Part shown: positions 38,668 through 49,065 of the stretch, in pieces
How positions within the stretch are numbered: the first letter of the stretch is position 1
Layout: each line of letters begins with the position of its first letter
Source of the DNA: a virus
IMG/VR virus record: IMGVR_UViG_3300029953_000001
Strand: one strand, 5' to 3'
Length of the DNA: 64,000 bases
Notes under the pieces: model-generated
What the model was told of the DNA's origin: nothing
The model's database searches: none
The model's input: only the letters and a program-made list of their open reading frames with translations
Program-made: the position numbers and the translations under genes

Positions 38668-38898
38668 ATGTTTTACGACGACGAAGAAGACGACGACATC
38701 GACATCTACGAAGACGACGAGTACGAAGGCGAAGATGAAGAGGATGACGAAGAGGACGAAGACGAAGAGACCCTCCGGGAACTCGAAGTTGGCGACGACG
38801 GACACGTCGTTGAAGGTCGCCGCAAACGCCGTCGTGCCGGGGGCTACGACGAGTCCTTCGAGGACACGCACCCCGAAGCCTTCGGCTACGAAGACTAA
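38668..38898 (+). CDS. Very acidic small protein
   Basis: About half D/E, with a short basic patch RRKRRR. Confidence 0.65.
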   Translation: MFYDDEEDDDIDIYEDDEYEGEDEEDDEEDEDEETLRELEVGDDGHVVEGRRKRRRAGGYDESFEDTHPEAFGYED

Positions 38899-38906
38899 AG
38901 AGTTTC

Positions 38907-39113
38907 ATGACTGAGAAGCGTTACCTGATAGAAACACTCGATGAGTGTAAGAAGCTGTAGGAGACTGTTAGCCAACAGGATCACTTCATGTGGGGCATGA
39001 GCGTTCGCAATCTCCTTCGACAGAAGGGATTCAGTGAAGAGCACTTTGGCATCGACAACTTAGATGACATCTACATCTCACTCGTTGAAGAGGCTCTGAA
39101 GCTGAGAGCATAA
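38907..39113 (+). pseudogene. Small gene with an in-frame TAG (DUF6794-like HFxxGMxVRN motif)
   Basis: MTEKRYLIETLDECKKL*ETVSQQDHFMWGMSVRNLLRQKGF...; TAG at 38958. Confidence 0.45.
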
Positions 39114-39176
39114 CACAGAACTGTGCTACATATGGTTGTGTGACTACGGGTCTCCTTTAGGTAAGGAGCGTGTGCG

Positions 39177-39503
39177 ATGCAGGACAGACTCATCTTCCCT
39201 ACCCGACTAGAGCAGATTGCCACTGGTGAACTTGTTCATGACAACTTCCCCGCAGCCCGTTGGACGAGTGGGGAGGATGTAAAGTTCGACCTCTTCTCTC
39301 CCACGTATGTCTCCGACCTTGAACTTGATGTGTCTCCCGTGCTCTTCTTTCAGTGGGCTTATACCACCATTGGAGGTAATGGTTCGGGTGTGTTGTTCTA
39401 CTGTGTCAACCTATCCACTCAGCTTTTGCTGGAGCCTCAGGAGTGGATGCTCGATATAGTCACCCGGTCTAATTTCAAGCAACTCACAGATGGTTCCATA
39501 TAA
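39177..39503 (+). CDS. Hypothetical protein (frame continues past TAA to 39572)
   Basis: AAGGAG SD. Confidence 0.55.
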   Translation: MQDRLIFPTRLEQIATGELVHDNFPAARWTSGEDVKFDLFSPTYVSDLELDVSPVLFFQWAYTTIGGNGSGVLFYCVNLSTQLLLEPQEWMLDIVTRSNFKQLTDGSI

Positions 39504-39587
39504 ATCTTGCCAGCCCTCGATGGAAGAGATGTGGTCGATGTGGCTGTTGCCCTTGACCTCTACGAGGAATAGGCAGTATTAGACTGA

Positions 39588-41483
39588 ATGGAAGAGCTTC
39601 TCGAATGTCCGCTGGTGACACCCTACACGAATAGTAAGGGGATTGACCCAGCTACACTGGAGAAGCTCTTCTTACTGCGTAAGTGGGATATTCAACGAGA
39701 CGACGCGGGAGTAATCCACAACCCCATCCCCTTCAAGTGGCCTAGTTTACTTCGTAAGACTATATGGGATGTGGTTAAAAAGTGTGATACTGACGAGCCC
39801 CTTATCTTGAGGGAGTATCAAAAAGTCCAGATTCATCATCTGACTCGGATGCCTAAGTACATAAATGGAGATGGGGTTGGGTTAGGTAAAAGCCTAACTG
39901 TAATCGCGGCTGCTTGCTGGCTCAAGGAACGTAACCCTGATACTAAAGTTGTTATTGTTACAACTAAGAGTACGACGATGCAGTGGGCCGACGAGTTCAT
40001 GCGGTTCAGCCACCTACGCCCCTTCGTGATGAAGGATAGGTATCGGAGGTTGAAATCATCTGATGCCCGATTCGCTCAGATGACGGACTTTCTCCACGGG
40101 TCTAAAAAGGATGTGCTGATTGTAAAATATGACTCCATCAAGGGTACTCGGAAGAAGATTGAGGGACGCTTCGATGATGAGGGCAACCCTGTCAATGGAA
40201 AAGAGAAGACCACAGCGGAGATGAGATTCTACTCTAAGGTTTTCAAGGAAAATAAAGACCGATTGATACTTGTGTTTGACGAATGTCAAAAATTCAAGGG
40301 GGTGGGAACTGCGAATAGAAACCTAGTATTTGGTCTATCCCGCTCTGCCGACAAGGTATGGGGACTCACCGCTACGGTCATGAAAAATTGTTTAAATGAA
40401 TTTTACGCCATCGCCACGGCGTTGGGTATTTGCCCGTTCGGCTACATGCCTGAGTTCGTGGAAGAGTTTTGTATCATGAGACCCCAATATATTGGGGGCG
40501 GACGCAAGAAGATGATACTGGTGGGCTACCAGAACATTACCAAGTTCAAATCGGGTATCCGACCCTTCTTCCTTGGCCGCTCCCAGCGACAGGTGAAGGA
40601 ACCGCTGCCGCAACTAACCACCATGTATCATCCACTTGACTTGAGCGACCAACAAATTGACCTGCTGGACGATATCCAGAGTGGGGTATTCGTGCTGCCA
40701 CCGGCTCTTGTTAAAGTGCAGGGGGATATGTACGAGCGGGAACGTGACCCCGATAACCTGATGACTATGATGAGTGTTCAGCAGCTTGTCGCCAATCACC
40801 CCGGACTGCTCGACCCTGCCAATCTCAAGGAATTCTACACAACGAGGCTGAGCCCCAAGGAAGAGGCACTCCTTGACCTTTTGGATGGGGATTTACTTGG
40901 GGAGAAGGTTATTGTATTTTCAAAATATAAAATGCACATTGACCGGTTGGAGAAGCTCACTAAGGATGGACATTTTACTGACCGTAAGTTCCTTCGCATC
41001 ACTGGCAACGAGAACGAGTCCCAGCGGAACAACAACAAGCGGCTGTTCCAAGGTAGCTCAGACCACGACCTGATAGTTATCAACTCCGCTGGCATTGAAG
41101 GTATCAACCTTCAACAGGCTGCTCACATGGTTTGTATAGACCTGCCATGGTCATTTGGGGACATGGTTCAATTGGTAGGTAGGATGGTGAGAATGGCATC
41201 CCCTCATAGTATGTGTACGCTACACGTACTCGTTGCTAAGGGTACAATAGACGAATATGTGTTAGACACCCTAAAAGGAAAAAAAGGGGTATTCGAAAAG
41301 ATTCTGGGTCAATCGCATACGACAGGACTCCTGTCGAATAGTCTTCTTGTAGATTTAGATTCCGGGATGGAGTCGGAGGACAGCGACTTTGCTTCACTGC
41401 TTAAGGCCCATTGCAAAAAATTGAATATGGGGAAGTACATTAGGGGGGAACTATTCCGACCCTCCAGCGAGGATTTTTTATGA
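39588..41483 (+). CDS. SNF2-family (SF2) helicase
   Basis: LREYQ, GDGVGLGKS, FDECQ, LTAT, KVIVFS, EGINLQ, QLVGRMVR. Confidence 0.93.
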   Translation: MEELLECPLVTPYTNSKGIDPATLEKLFLLRKWDIQRDDAGVIHNPIPFKWPSLLRKTIWDVVKKCDTDEPLILREYQKVQIHHLTRMPKYINGDGVGLGKSLTVIAAACWLKERNPDTKVVIVTTKSTTMQWADEFMRFSHLRPFVMKDRYRRLKSSDARFAQMTDFLHGSKKDVLIVKYDSIKGTRKKIEGRFDDEGNPVNGKEKTTAEMRFYSKVFKENKDRLILVFDECQKFKGVGTANRNLVFGLSRSADKVWGLTATVMKNCLNEFYAIATALGICPFGYMPEFVEEFCIMRPQYIGGGRKKMILVGYQNITKFKSGIRPFFLGRSQRQVKEPLPQLTTMYHPLDLSDQQIDLLDDIQSGVFVLPPALVKVQGDMYERERDPDNLMTMMSVQQLVANHPGLLDPANLKEFYTTRLSPKEEALLDLLDGDLLGEKVIVFSKYKMHIDRLEKLTKDGHFTDRKFLRITGNENESQRNNNKRLFQGSSDHDLIVINSAGIEGINLQQAAHMVCIDLPWSFGDMVQLVGRMVRMASPHSMCTLHVLVAKGTIDEYVLDTLKGKKGVFEKILGQSHTTGLLSNSLLVDLDSGMESEDSDFASLLKAHCKKLNMGKYIRGELFRPSSEDFL

Positions 41484-42040
41484 TACCGTCAACTTCAGCT
41501 ATTCGCAAAGTAAAGCGAAAGCACAATGTAGAGTATGTATTCTTGTGTGAAACCTGTGGGTGTGAAATAACCCGCCGTCAAAGCTATCTAAAAGTTAACA
41601 ACACCCCCGGAAGGTGCCGAGGGTGTGCTAATACAAAGTTTTGGAGTGAGCGGCTACGACCCTATGAGCACACTTATAACCGCATCAAAAAGCAAGGCCA
41701 GCATCCTGTGGAGCTAACCTATGAGGAGTTCCTGACCTTTACACAAAAGGAAGAATGTACATACTGCTCTGCCCCCATACTATGGCTACCTCGAAAACGA
41801 TACAGGGCTAACACCAGTGGACATCACTTAGACCGTAAGGATAATGACAGAGGGTATACACTAGACAACTGTGTGGTATCTTGCTGGGAGTGCAATCGAA
41901 TCAAAGGTAGTTTTTACTCTTACGATGAAATGCTGACTATAGGCCCACTACTTCGCCCTTATAGGCTGTCCCGCCCCAGCTTTATCGAGAGTCCATCAGG
42001 CTTCAGCATCCCCCGAATAAAGAGGGGAAGCAAGGGGTAA
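41480..42040 (+). CDS. HNH-type homing endonuclease
   Basis: CTYC..LDRKDNDRGYTLDNCVVSCWECNRIKG. Confidence 0.85.
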   Translation: MIPSTSAIRKVKRKHNVEYVFLCETCGCEITRRQSYLKVNNTPGRCRGCANTKFWSERLRPYEHTYNRIKKQGQHPVELTYEEFLTFTQKEECTYCSAPILWLPRKRYRANTSGHHLDRKDNDRGYTLDNCVVSCWECNRIKGSFYSYDEMLTIGPLLRPYRLSRPSFIESPSGFSIPRIKRGSKG

Positions 42041-42645
42041 AAAGCCGGTACTAATAAGAAGGCAACACTCGACACAAGTAAGTGGGGTGGTCGCGAAATC
42101 GAACTACTCTAAGGGAGCTTCATGGTAGACATCTGTTGGACGGTTGTTAGCGAACACCGTAGGAATGACCATCGGCAGTGTAATCGCCACGTGTCTCATA
42201 AGAGAAAAGGGTCGTCGTTTCGAGTGGGCCGTCGTCTCAACGGTTTTCATTCTCACTGGGTACTGGATGGCCGTAGCGGACTTCAAAGGTTGGTGGTAGT
42301 GTGAAGATGGGCCGGACTAAGATTTTTCAGAAGTGTGTAGACGAAGCACGACGCGACCGGAAGGAAGAGGGTAAGCAGTGCCAAGTCAAGAATAACCGCC
42401 ACTCTTCTGCGTGTCCCTGCCTCAAGCTGGCTCAGGAAATTTACGACGGAGCGATGAAGTAATGTTGAAGGACGCGAACTGTAGCTGCACCGAATACTGT
42501 CAGTGTGGCATCTATGACCCCTGCGGCTGCGAGGGTATGATGAAAGACCCCCACTGCCTTGACTGCTGCCAACACCTGACCCCTGAGCAGGAAGAGCGAT
42601 GGCGTAAAGAGAACCCCAACTTCCCCGATGAATGGGTAGACCCAA

Positions 42646-43149
42646 ATGAGTAATTGGAATTGGCTATGTCTGGTGCCCAAAGGTCTGCGTAAGCGGATGG
42701 GCTGGGGCTGTTACACGTGCGGCTCGTACCTGTACTTCGGTTACGGAGGCCCGGACGAGAACGGCGAGAGGGTAGACTACTGCATCGACTGCTGGCCGGG
42801 GTACGAGTGCTGTGGGTTCGTCGGCTGCAACCACTATCAGTGTGAGCACGCCGAAGACATGTGCGGCAACGCCGGATGCCCCTGCACTGGTTTCATCACC
42901 AAGAATCAGGCCGATGCTCACATCAGCAACCTCGGCCATGCCTGTCGTGCAGCCTACTGGGCTCTCGAAGAGATGGAAGGCATCAAGGAAGTGCGGAGCG
43001 AGGTCGAGATGGTGGTGCGTGTTACCACCGTCCAATCAGCGGGTTCAACGGTGGAGAACTCCAAGGCGTGGAGAGAGACCATCTATGCAGTACAGTCCAA
43101 GTTGATGCGTGAGCACCCCGACGTTCTCTTCGACTTCATTCTCCTGTAA
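42646..43149 (+). CDS. Cys-rich hypothetical protein
   Basis: Multiple CxxC and CxCxGF motifs. Confidence 0.55.
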   Translation: MSNWNWLCLVPKGLRKRMGWGCYTCGSYLYFGYGGPDENGERVDYCIDCWPGYECCGFVGCNHYQCEHAEDMCGNAGCPCTGFITKNQADAHISNLGHACRAAYWALEEMEGIKEVRSEVEMVVRVTTVQSAGSTVENSKAWRETIYAVQSKLMREHPDVLFDFILL

Positions 43150-43165
43150 GCGGGTATTAGTAACC

Positions 43166-43495
43166 ATGAGCAAGCCTGAGATTACAGGAGTCACAGTCAG
43201 TGTAGAGTTCGGGTTCGAGCAGGACTTCGGTAGAGGCACTAAGTCCTTCGCCAGTGTCCAATCGAAGTACCCGGAGACTACCACCATAGATGAACTCGGC
43301 GATGTTATGTCGGATGGGTTGGACTTGTACCTCGCAGCGTGGAAGACCTTACTGGCAGCGAGATTCGGCACCGGAGTCATCGGTGGCACCGAGTTCAAGG
43401 AAACCCTGAACGCTGCAACCATACGCATCGACAAAGTGCGTAAATTTTTGAAACCTGAGAAGACTGAGACGACTGATGACAACGGACAACAATAG
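43166..43495 (+). CDS. Hypothetical protein (leaderless start)
   Basis: GTATTA-N6-ATG. Confidence 0.65.
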   Translation: MSKPEITGVTVSVEFGFEQDFGRGTKSFASVQSKYPETTTIDELGDVMSDGLDLYLAAWKTLLAARFGTGVIGGTEFKETLNAATIRIDKVRKFLKPEKTETTDDNGQQ

Positions 43496-45029
43496 CCTCA
43501 CCCCCACTGACAACCTGAACCTCTTCACTGCGGCTCATCTGTTGTCAGACACGCCCATACTAGAGCAAGTCCTGAAACTTCGCGATGAACTGTCGCGTGA
43601 ATCGGACGGTATCCTCATTGACTACGATGACATGGGCAAGCGTATCAAGGCTGAGATTGCCAACCTTCCCACGCTCGAATTGCAGATGGACATCCCATCA
43701 GGGCAAGAGGGTGCGTATCAACGCCAACTGCTGTTCGCTCTTGGTCAGATAAACGATGACCACGACCGTACTCTGCGTCGTGTAATCAAGTTGAAGTCCC
43801 GACTGCTGAACGCCGTTGACCTGATGAAGTCGCAGCGTGCCCAGTTCGGTGCCTTCTACGCTCTCGCCGTCCCCGTCGCTATCCATGGGGGTACACTTCC
43901 TCCCGACCTGAAGCTGACCCCGGCCCACATCAAGGAGATGGCGAACTCTGAGTTCTCTAACCTCATGGACAGGCTGGACTACCTCGCCCCTTCGCTCATC
44001 TCTGAGTTGAAAATTCTGGAAGTTGAAATCAAGCAACGCAAGGTGGCTCAGGCCGACAAGTACGCTCTCGGCAAAGACCAAGTGAACGCGATGTGGAACT
44101 CCATTCAGTCGAATGGTGCCATCGGCTTGGACGATGACGCTGGTGGTTTGGTGAAGCGCACCCCTCTTGAAGAGGACACCGACGAGATTCCTAGCTACGT
44201 GAGCCAGCACACGAAGGAATCTCGTGTCGCCGCCAACGAGAGCTACGTCAAGAAGCCTTGCGATACCTACTGCTCGAAGTGTGGTGAGAAGCAGTTCAAC
44301 ACTCCCTCCGGCGACACGTGCCCCAATGGTCATGGTGGTGCTGAAGGCGTTTACAAGAGGGCCAAGCTGTTGTCCTTGGAAGAGCTTGAAGCTGCTCTCA
44401 ATGGGGAGGACTCCACGCCCGTGGTCATCAACGCTGACGGTACGGTGACACCTATCAAGGGAACGTTCGTCAAGACCGGCGACCCCAAGCCTATCACTCC
44501 GATTGTGGATGAGGGCGGCGGCGAGGCCATCATCGAGAAGTTGACGGAGTTGGAGGACGCACCAACGTGGGTTCGTAAGCCCTCTGTCATCACGGTACCG
44601 GACGATGTGTCCAAGGAAGAGATTCAGTGGACGGCGGAACGTATGAAGGAACTCGCTGAGTCTGAACCCAAGACCCTCATCGTTGAACCGCAGGAGCCCA
44701 CGGGGGAACCGGTGGCTCTTCCGGCTGAGCATGTGTGTGAGGCTGGAACGATTCATCTGGATGCTGAGATGGAGGCTAGGTTCGTTAACGAGCCCACCGA
44801 ATCGGTCACTATCGAGTACGAAGCGAACTGGGAAGAGTCGGACACCACCAAGGAACTCCTCATTGAAGATGTTCCCGACCCGGTACCCACTCCCCGTCTG
44901 GTACTCCCTGAAGGTGCTCAAATCGTTGAAGACCTTGAGAGCATCGTCAACACCCCGGAGCCGCTTGCAACTCAGGCCCCGGCCACTCCCCGCAAGAAAC
45001 TGATTTTGGACGACGAGGACATTATCTGA
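43476..45029 (+). CDS. Coiled-coil protein with central Zn module and acidic/Pro-rich C-terminus
   Basis: 517 aa; CSKCGEKQFNTPSGDTCPNGHGG. Confidence 0.7.
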   Translation: MTTDNNSLTPTDNLNLFTAAHLLSDTPILEQVLKLRDELSRESDGILIDYDDMGKRIKAEIANLPTLELQMDIPSGQEGAYQRQLLFALGQINDDHDRTLRRVIKLKSRLLNAVDLMKSQRAQFGAFYALAVPVAIHGGTLPPDLKLTPAHIKEMANSEFSNLMDRLDYLAPSLISELKILEVEIKQRKVAQADKYALGKDQVNAMWNSIQSNGAIGLDDDAGGLVKRTPLEEDTDEIPSYVSQHTKESRVAANESYVKKPCDTYCSKCGEKQFNTPSGDTCPNGHGGAEGVYKRAKLLSLEELEAALNGEDSTPVVINADGTVTPIKGTFVKTGDPKPITPIVDEGGGEAIIEKLTELEDAPTWVRKPSVITVPDDVSKEEIQWTAERMKELAESEPKTLIVEPQEPTGEPVALPAEHVCEAGTIHLDAEMEARFVNEPTESVTIEYEANWEESDTTKELLIEDVPDPVPTPRLVLPEGAQIVEDLESIVNTPEPLATQAPATPRKKLILDDEDII

Positions 45030-45493
45030 TGTTTGGTACGAGCAGTATGTTCGACTGGCTGGGCCTAGCCTGTGAAACGCAGATTCTGTCCAAGCACCTT
45101 TACCTCACTGTAGAAAATGGTGGGGCCGACGAAACGGGAGATGGTAACGGAGGGAAGCTCTTTCCCGGTCAGTTGCTTATATTCCCCTTCGACATGAAGA
45201 CGAGGGAGCGGTTCGGTGAACTAGCTCTCACGTTTGAACTGTGCCTCAAGAAGAACGAACACACTCCGCATGTCAGTGGAAAGAATTTCCACGCTTTGCA
45301 GTTCTATAGGTATGACATGTTTGCCTTTGTAAGGAACTTCCAGTCCGACGAGAAATGGGAGCCCATCATCGACAACATGATGAAGATAGCTAACGGCGAA
45401 CGTCTCGATGACGAGACCTATCTTCAGTTGGTAGAAGCCTTCACGAACATTGCATCGAGGGCTCTGCACAATACCCGGAGAGGTTGTTTCTAA
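45029..45493 (+). CDS. Hypothetical protein
   Basis: TGATG coupling. Confidence 0.6.
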   Translation: MFGTSSMFDWLGLACETQILSKHLYLTVENGGADETGDGNGGKLFPGQLLIFPFDMKTRERFGELALTFELCLKKNEHTPHVSGKNFHALQFYRYDMFAFVRNFQSDEKWEPIIDNMMKIANGERLDDETYLQLVEAFTNIASRALHNTRRGCF

Positions 45494-45494
45494 A

Positions 45495-46103
45495 ATGGGA
45501 ATGAGAGCGGTTGATGAACGAGGTCACAAGTACGAGCGTCTCACGACCCTTGAACTCCAGCTTGAATGCTTGAAACGGGGGGTGATAGTTAAGGGGGTAG
45601 ACTACCTAAGCTTAAAGGAGCTATTTGAATTAGTATCGAGCCGCCCTCTTCAAGAAATGTACGAAACATACTCCACGTTATTCACGAGTGCATTAGGTAG
45701 TAGCCATAATCATCAAGCTTGGATTGGGGGGTACACCCACCATATTGTTGAGAGTCTAAATATACTCCGATGGTTGTACTCTTCTTCCCCTCGTAGGTTG
45801 CCCTTCACACTGAAAGACGCCATGATGGTCATGTTCCTGCATGACATCGAGAAGCCATTCAAGGCGGAGTTCGGCCCCACATGGCGTACCAAGGAAGACC
45901 GGAGAAACTTCCGCAAGAATCTCATTCAACAGAACGAGATTGCCCTGTCCCGGACTCAGTGGAACGCTCTGGAGTACGTTGAGGGTGAGCACGATTATTC
46001 CAACAAGGAGCGAATGATGGGGGAAATGGCGGCTCTGTGCCATTGTGCCGACATCCTGTCTGCCCGTCTCTGGCACAACAAAGGCAAGGAACAGAATTGG
46101 TAG
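45495..46103 (+). CDS. HD-domain phosphohydrolase
   Basis: HQAWIGGYTHHIVE, FLHDIEK, HCADILS. Confidence 0.8.
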   Translation: MGMRAVDERGHKYERLTTLELQLECLKRGVIVKGVDYLSLKELFELVSSRPLQEMYETYSTLFTSALGSSHNHQAWIGGYTHHIVESLNILRWLYSSSPRRLPFTLKDAMMVMFLHDIEKPFKAEFGPTWRTKEDRRNFRKNLIQQNEIALSRTQWNALEYVEGEHDYSNKERMMGEMAALCHCADILSARLWHNKGKEQNW

Positions 46104-46121
46104 ATTACAGTATCTATAGGT

Positions 46122-46874
46122 ATGGTTGAGATTGTAGTCAGTAAGGAACTATCTGTAGCTTGCCCATCCATACTAGACCTTGAGTCCTCCTTGGTGAACA
46201 TCACCCCAGAGGTTCTCATTGAAGTGAGTTGGGGCAACTCCAAACAGGAACAGGTGGCGATAAAACGCCATCAAAATAGGAAATTCAAGCTCTACGTCCC
46301 CGACCTGCAAGCGTCCGAAAGAGCGACGGCCTCTCTTGAGTTGTCAATCACGCTGGACAGCCACTTGATTGGGGATGCTACAATCGCTCTCTGCAACAAG
46401 AAGCTGTACAACTGGCGGGAGTTCTCTCGAACCACAGGGGTTTCTGCGACCAAGAACCTTGTGCTCAAGATTGCCGCTGACGACATTCGTAAGGGAATGA
46501 AATCCAAGCTGGCCTACGTTGCCAAGGATGTATTTCTTGATGGTGTCACCCCCAGTAACGCGGACACGCTCTTGCGTCTCCGCCAACTCCGGGGGTACTA
46601 AATGTTTGGAGAAGAGGAAGAGGAAGAGTTTCCAGCGAAGTTGCTGGATTCCAAGCTGTATATTAGGATAAGTGATGACGGGGAACCTCAGTTGGTACGT
46701 GTAATCCCTGTGGCAGATGAGAATGGTGTCCTTGACCCCTCTCTGGTCGCTGTGTTTCTCGATGAGGGAGAAGCCAAAGTTGTCCCAAGAACCAACCTGC
46801 CGTGGCTGCTTGAATCCACCGGGTGTGTCCCGGTGGAAGAAGCTACAAATTGGAAGCATAAGAGAATCAATTGA
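46122..46874 (+). CDS. Two hypothetical genes (46122-46601, 46602-46874)
   Basis: GTATCT-N6-ATG start; adjacent ORFs. Confidence 0.6.
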
Positions 46875-46952
46875 TGAAACTCCGGGTACCAGATTCAAAA
46901 GTCGGGCGCTAGGGTCACTGGTATCCAAGAGGACGAAGAAGAGAAGACCGCA

Positions 46953-47603
46953 ATGGAGTGGTTCACAAAGTATCAGGCGGCTAAGATTCTGGATGTTGAG
47001 AACGGACCCAAGCTGTTTCTCGGTAATGTATACGACGCGGCTCTCCTTGCACAAGGCGTGAACCCCCACGGCATCAACGCTGTGCTCGATGTGTCCACCG
47101 AAGACCTCTACGCCCGTGACCCGGCCATCCTCTACCTCAAGGTTCCCTTCCCGGACGGTCATGAGATTCGTGCTGACCAGTTCGCCATGTGTATGGCTTT
47201 CCTGAAGGATTGCTGGGAACGTAAGATGACAATCTTTATACACTGTGCTGCCGGTATTAGCCGGTCAACCAGCATTGTGGTGAGCTTTATCCAGTACATG
47301 GGGCTGGGCTACTCATACTTCAATCCGTCGCTCGGAGACATGGACAAGATTTTGGGGTACGTCGCATTGTGTCGCCCGATTGTCAACCCGGCCAAGCTGA
47401 CCTTCAACTCCTGCAAAAAGTGGCTGAGACAGTACCCGTATGATGGTTCCTTTGGTCATCAAGCGGAGCGTAAAGGTCACATGGAATCTATCATTACTGC
47501 CAACATTCTAAGGCTACATCCGGCTCCTGACTGTGAAGTGAGAAAATCTATTATCGAAGATGACAACAGGGAACGTCATCTGCTAGTCTGTACCTGCGGT
47601 TAG
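46953..47603 (+). CDS. Dual-specificity protein phosphatase
   Basis: LFLGN, PFPDG, catalytic IHCAAGISRS, RPIVNP. Confidence 0.92.
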   Translation: MEWFTKYQAAKILDVENGPKLFLGNVYDAALLAQGVNPHGINAVLDVSTEDLYARDPAILYLKVPFPDGHEIRADQFAMCMAFLKDCWERKMTIFIHCAAGISRSTSIVVSFIQYMGLGYSYFNPSLGDMDKILGYVALCRPIVNPAKLTFNSCKKWLRQYPYDGSFGHQAERKGHMESIITANILRLHPAPDCEVRKSIIEDDNRERHLLVCTCG

Positions 47604-47612
47604 GAGCAACCT

Positions 47613-48521
47613 ATGGAAGAGATAGTCAACCGGCTGCTGAACGAAGTTGGTATCGCCAAGGAATACCACGAACGCATCTGGCACTATCTCACGGTTCTTC
47701 GGAACCGTCATGAAGCTACTTACCATCACGTGATTCGTGTTGGTGGTCTGGCTTCCAAGATAGCGGTCGTCGCCGACATCCCCAACGTGACCCCCAAGAT
47801 GATGTTGTGGGCCGGTCTCCTCCACGACGTAGGCAAGGCCCTCATCCCTCCCGAACTGCTCAGCAAGACAGAAGCGTTTGATGCGGCTGACTACGCGGTC
47901 ATGGAAGACCATGTGATGTATGGCTGGCGTATGCTCCAGCAAGTCTTTGACTTCTCGGCACACATCATCGTCCGGCATCACCAGTACGGGAAGCACCCCT
48001 ACCCTAAAGAACTTCCCGCCCTCCCTGTTCACTTGGAACTCAAGCGGGGTATCATCGACTCCGCCGCCCGGTTGCTTGCTCTGGCTGACTATTACGACGC
48101 CATCACGACCCGCAAAAACGACAAGCACTGGGGCGAAGAACTCACGATGCGGGATATTTTCATCCGGGACAATCATGACTGCGAGGCTCTTATTCTCAAG
48201 CTTGAGGAGGCGGGTGTCTTCAACTTCAACCCTTGGTACCACTTGGACTACTCTGAAATAGAGTGGCGGGTCGCAGCCAATTTATCCAACAAAGAAGCAA
48301 ATTTTAGGGATATGTACCTTGGAAACTGGGAGGACACCAACGACTATGTCCACTCCCGAGAGAAAGTATCGGGGATGTTTGAGCGTGGTGAAATCTCAAA
48401 GCCGGAGGCAGAGCACATGCTGCGGCTGCGGTACAGAACGAAGAAGAACGGTCGGGTCTACATTGATGAGCCTGAAAACAATGATGAGCCTGAAAGCTCA
48501 GACTATACCCCTCTCTTATAG
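47613..48521 (+). CDS. HD-GYP-like phosphodiesterase with unrelated C-terminal extension
   Basis: TYHHVIRV, GLLHDVGKALIP, HVMYG, RHH..PYP, LADYYDAITTR. Confidence 0.82.
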   Translation: MEEIVNRLLNEVGIAKEYHERIWHYLTVLRNRHEATYHHVIRVGGLASKIAVVADIPNVTPKMMLWAGLLHDVGKALIPPELLSKTEAFDAADYAVMEDHVMYGWRMLQQVFDFSAHIIVRHHQYGKHPYPKELPALPVHLELKRGIIDSAARLLALADYYDAITTRKNDKHWGEELTMRDIFIRDNHDCEALILKLEEAGVFNFNPWYHLDYSEIEWRVAANLSNKEANFRDMYLGNWEDTNDYVHSREKVSGMFERGEISKPEAEHMLRLRYRTKKNGRVYIDEPENNDEPESSDYTPLL

Positions 48522-48530
48522 AGGGGTTTT

Positions 48531-48632
48531 ATGTTAGACACGATTAGTGGGGTGTACGCTTTTATCAAAGTAAACGGCAAGGCCAGAAGGAGGGCAAATG
48601 GCAACAGTAATCAAATCCCCCAGTCCATTTGA
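48531..48632 (+). pseudogene. Remnant 5' end of a GIY-YIG endonuclease
   Basis: MLDTISGVYAFI..., preceded by the SD-sequestering hairpin ACCCCTCT/AGAGGGGT. Confidence 0.4.
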
Positions 48633-49065
48633 CACTTTAGATTTCTCCTTGTTTCTTGCGGGGAGCATCGACCAAGGTCATGCACGTGATTGGCATTCTG
48701 AGGTAATAGCCGGTCTACAAGACATTAATGTCACCATCCTATCCCCTAAACGTGAGGATTGGGATGAAACATGGGAGCAGTGTGCTACCTGTGAGCCGTT
48801 TCGAGGTCAGGTACTGTGGGAAATAAAAGGTATGGAAGTTTGCGACCTTATGGTTGTATGCTTTACAGCGGAAAGTAAAGCTCCGGTAACCATGTTTGAG
48901 TTTGGGGCGTGGGGTACCACCAAGGACACCATATTGTGTGTTGAGACAGGCTTCTACCGAGAGGCCAACCTTCAGATATACGCTGAGCACTTCAACGTGC
49001 CCATCTACCATGACCTCGACACCATGATTACAGACCTCCACAAGATTCTGGAGGAACGGGCATGA
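48598..49065 (+). CDS. Nucleoside 2-deoxyribosyltransferase-like protein
   Basis: LFLAGSIDQG..W, SPKREDWD, QVLWE, APVTMFEFG. Confidence 0.82.
   Translation: MATVIKSPSPFDTLDFSLFLAGSIDQGHARDWHSEVIAGLQDINVTILSPKREDWDETWEQCATCEPFRGQVLWEIKGMEVCDLMVVCFTAESKAPVTMFEFGAWGTTKDTILCVETGFYREANLQIYAEHFNVPIYHDLDTMITDLHKILEERA

Noticed and set aside
42087-42299. In-frame TAG (42126) in a small two-TM ORF
   Set aside because: In-frame TTG 42144 or ATG 42165 downstream can start the membrane protein without readthrough.
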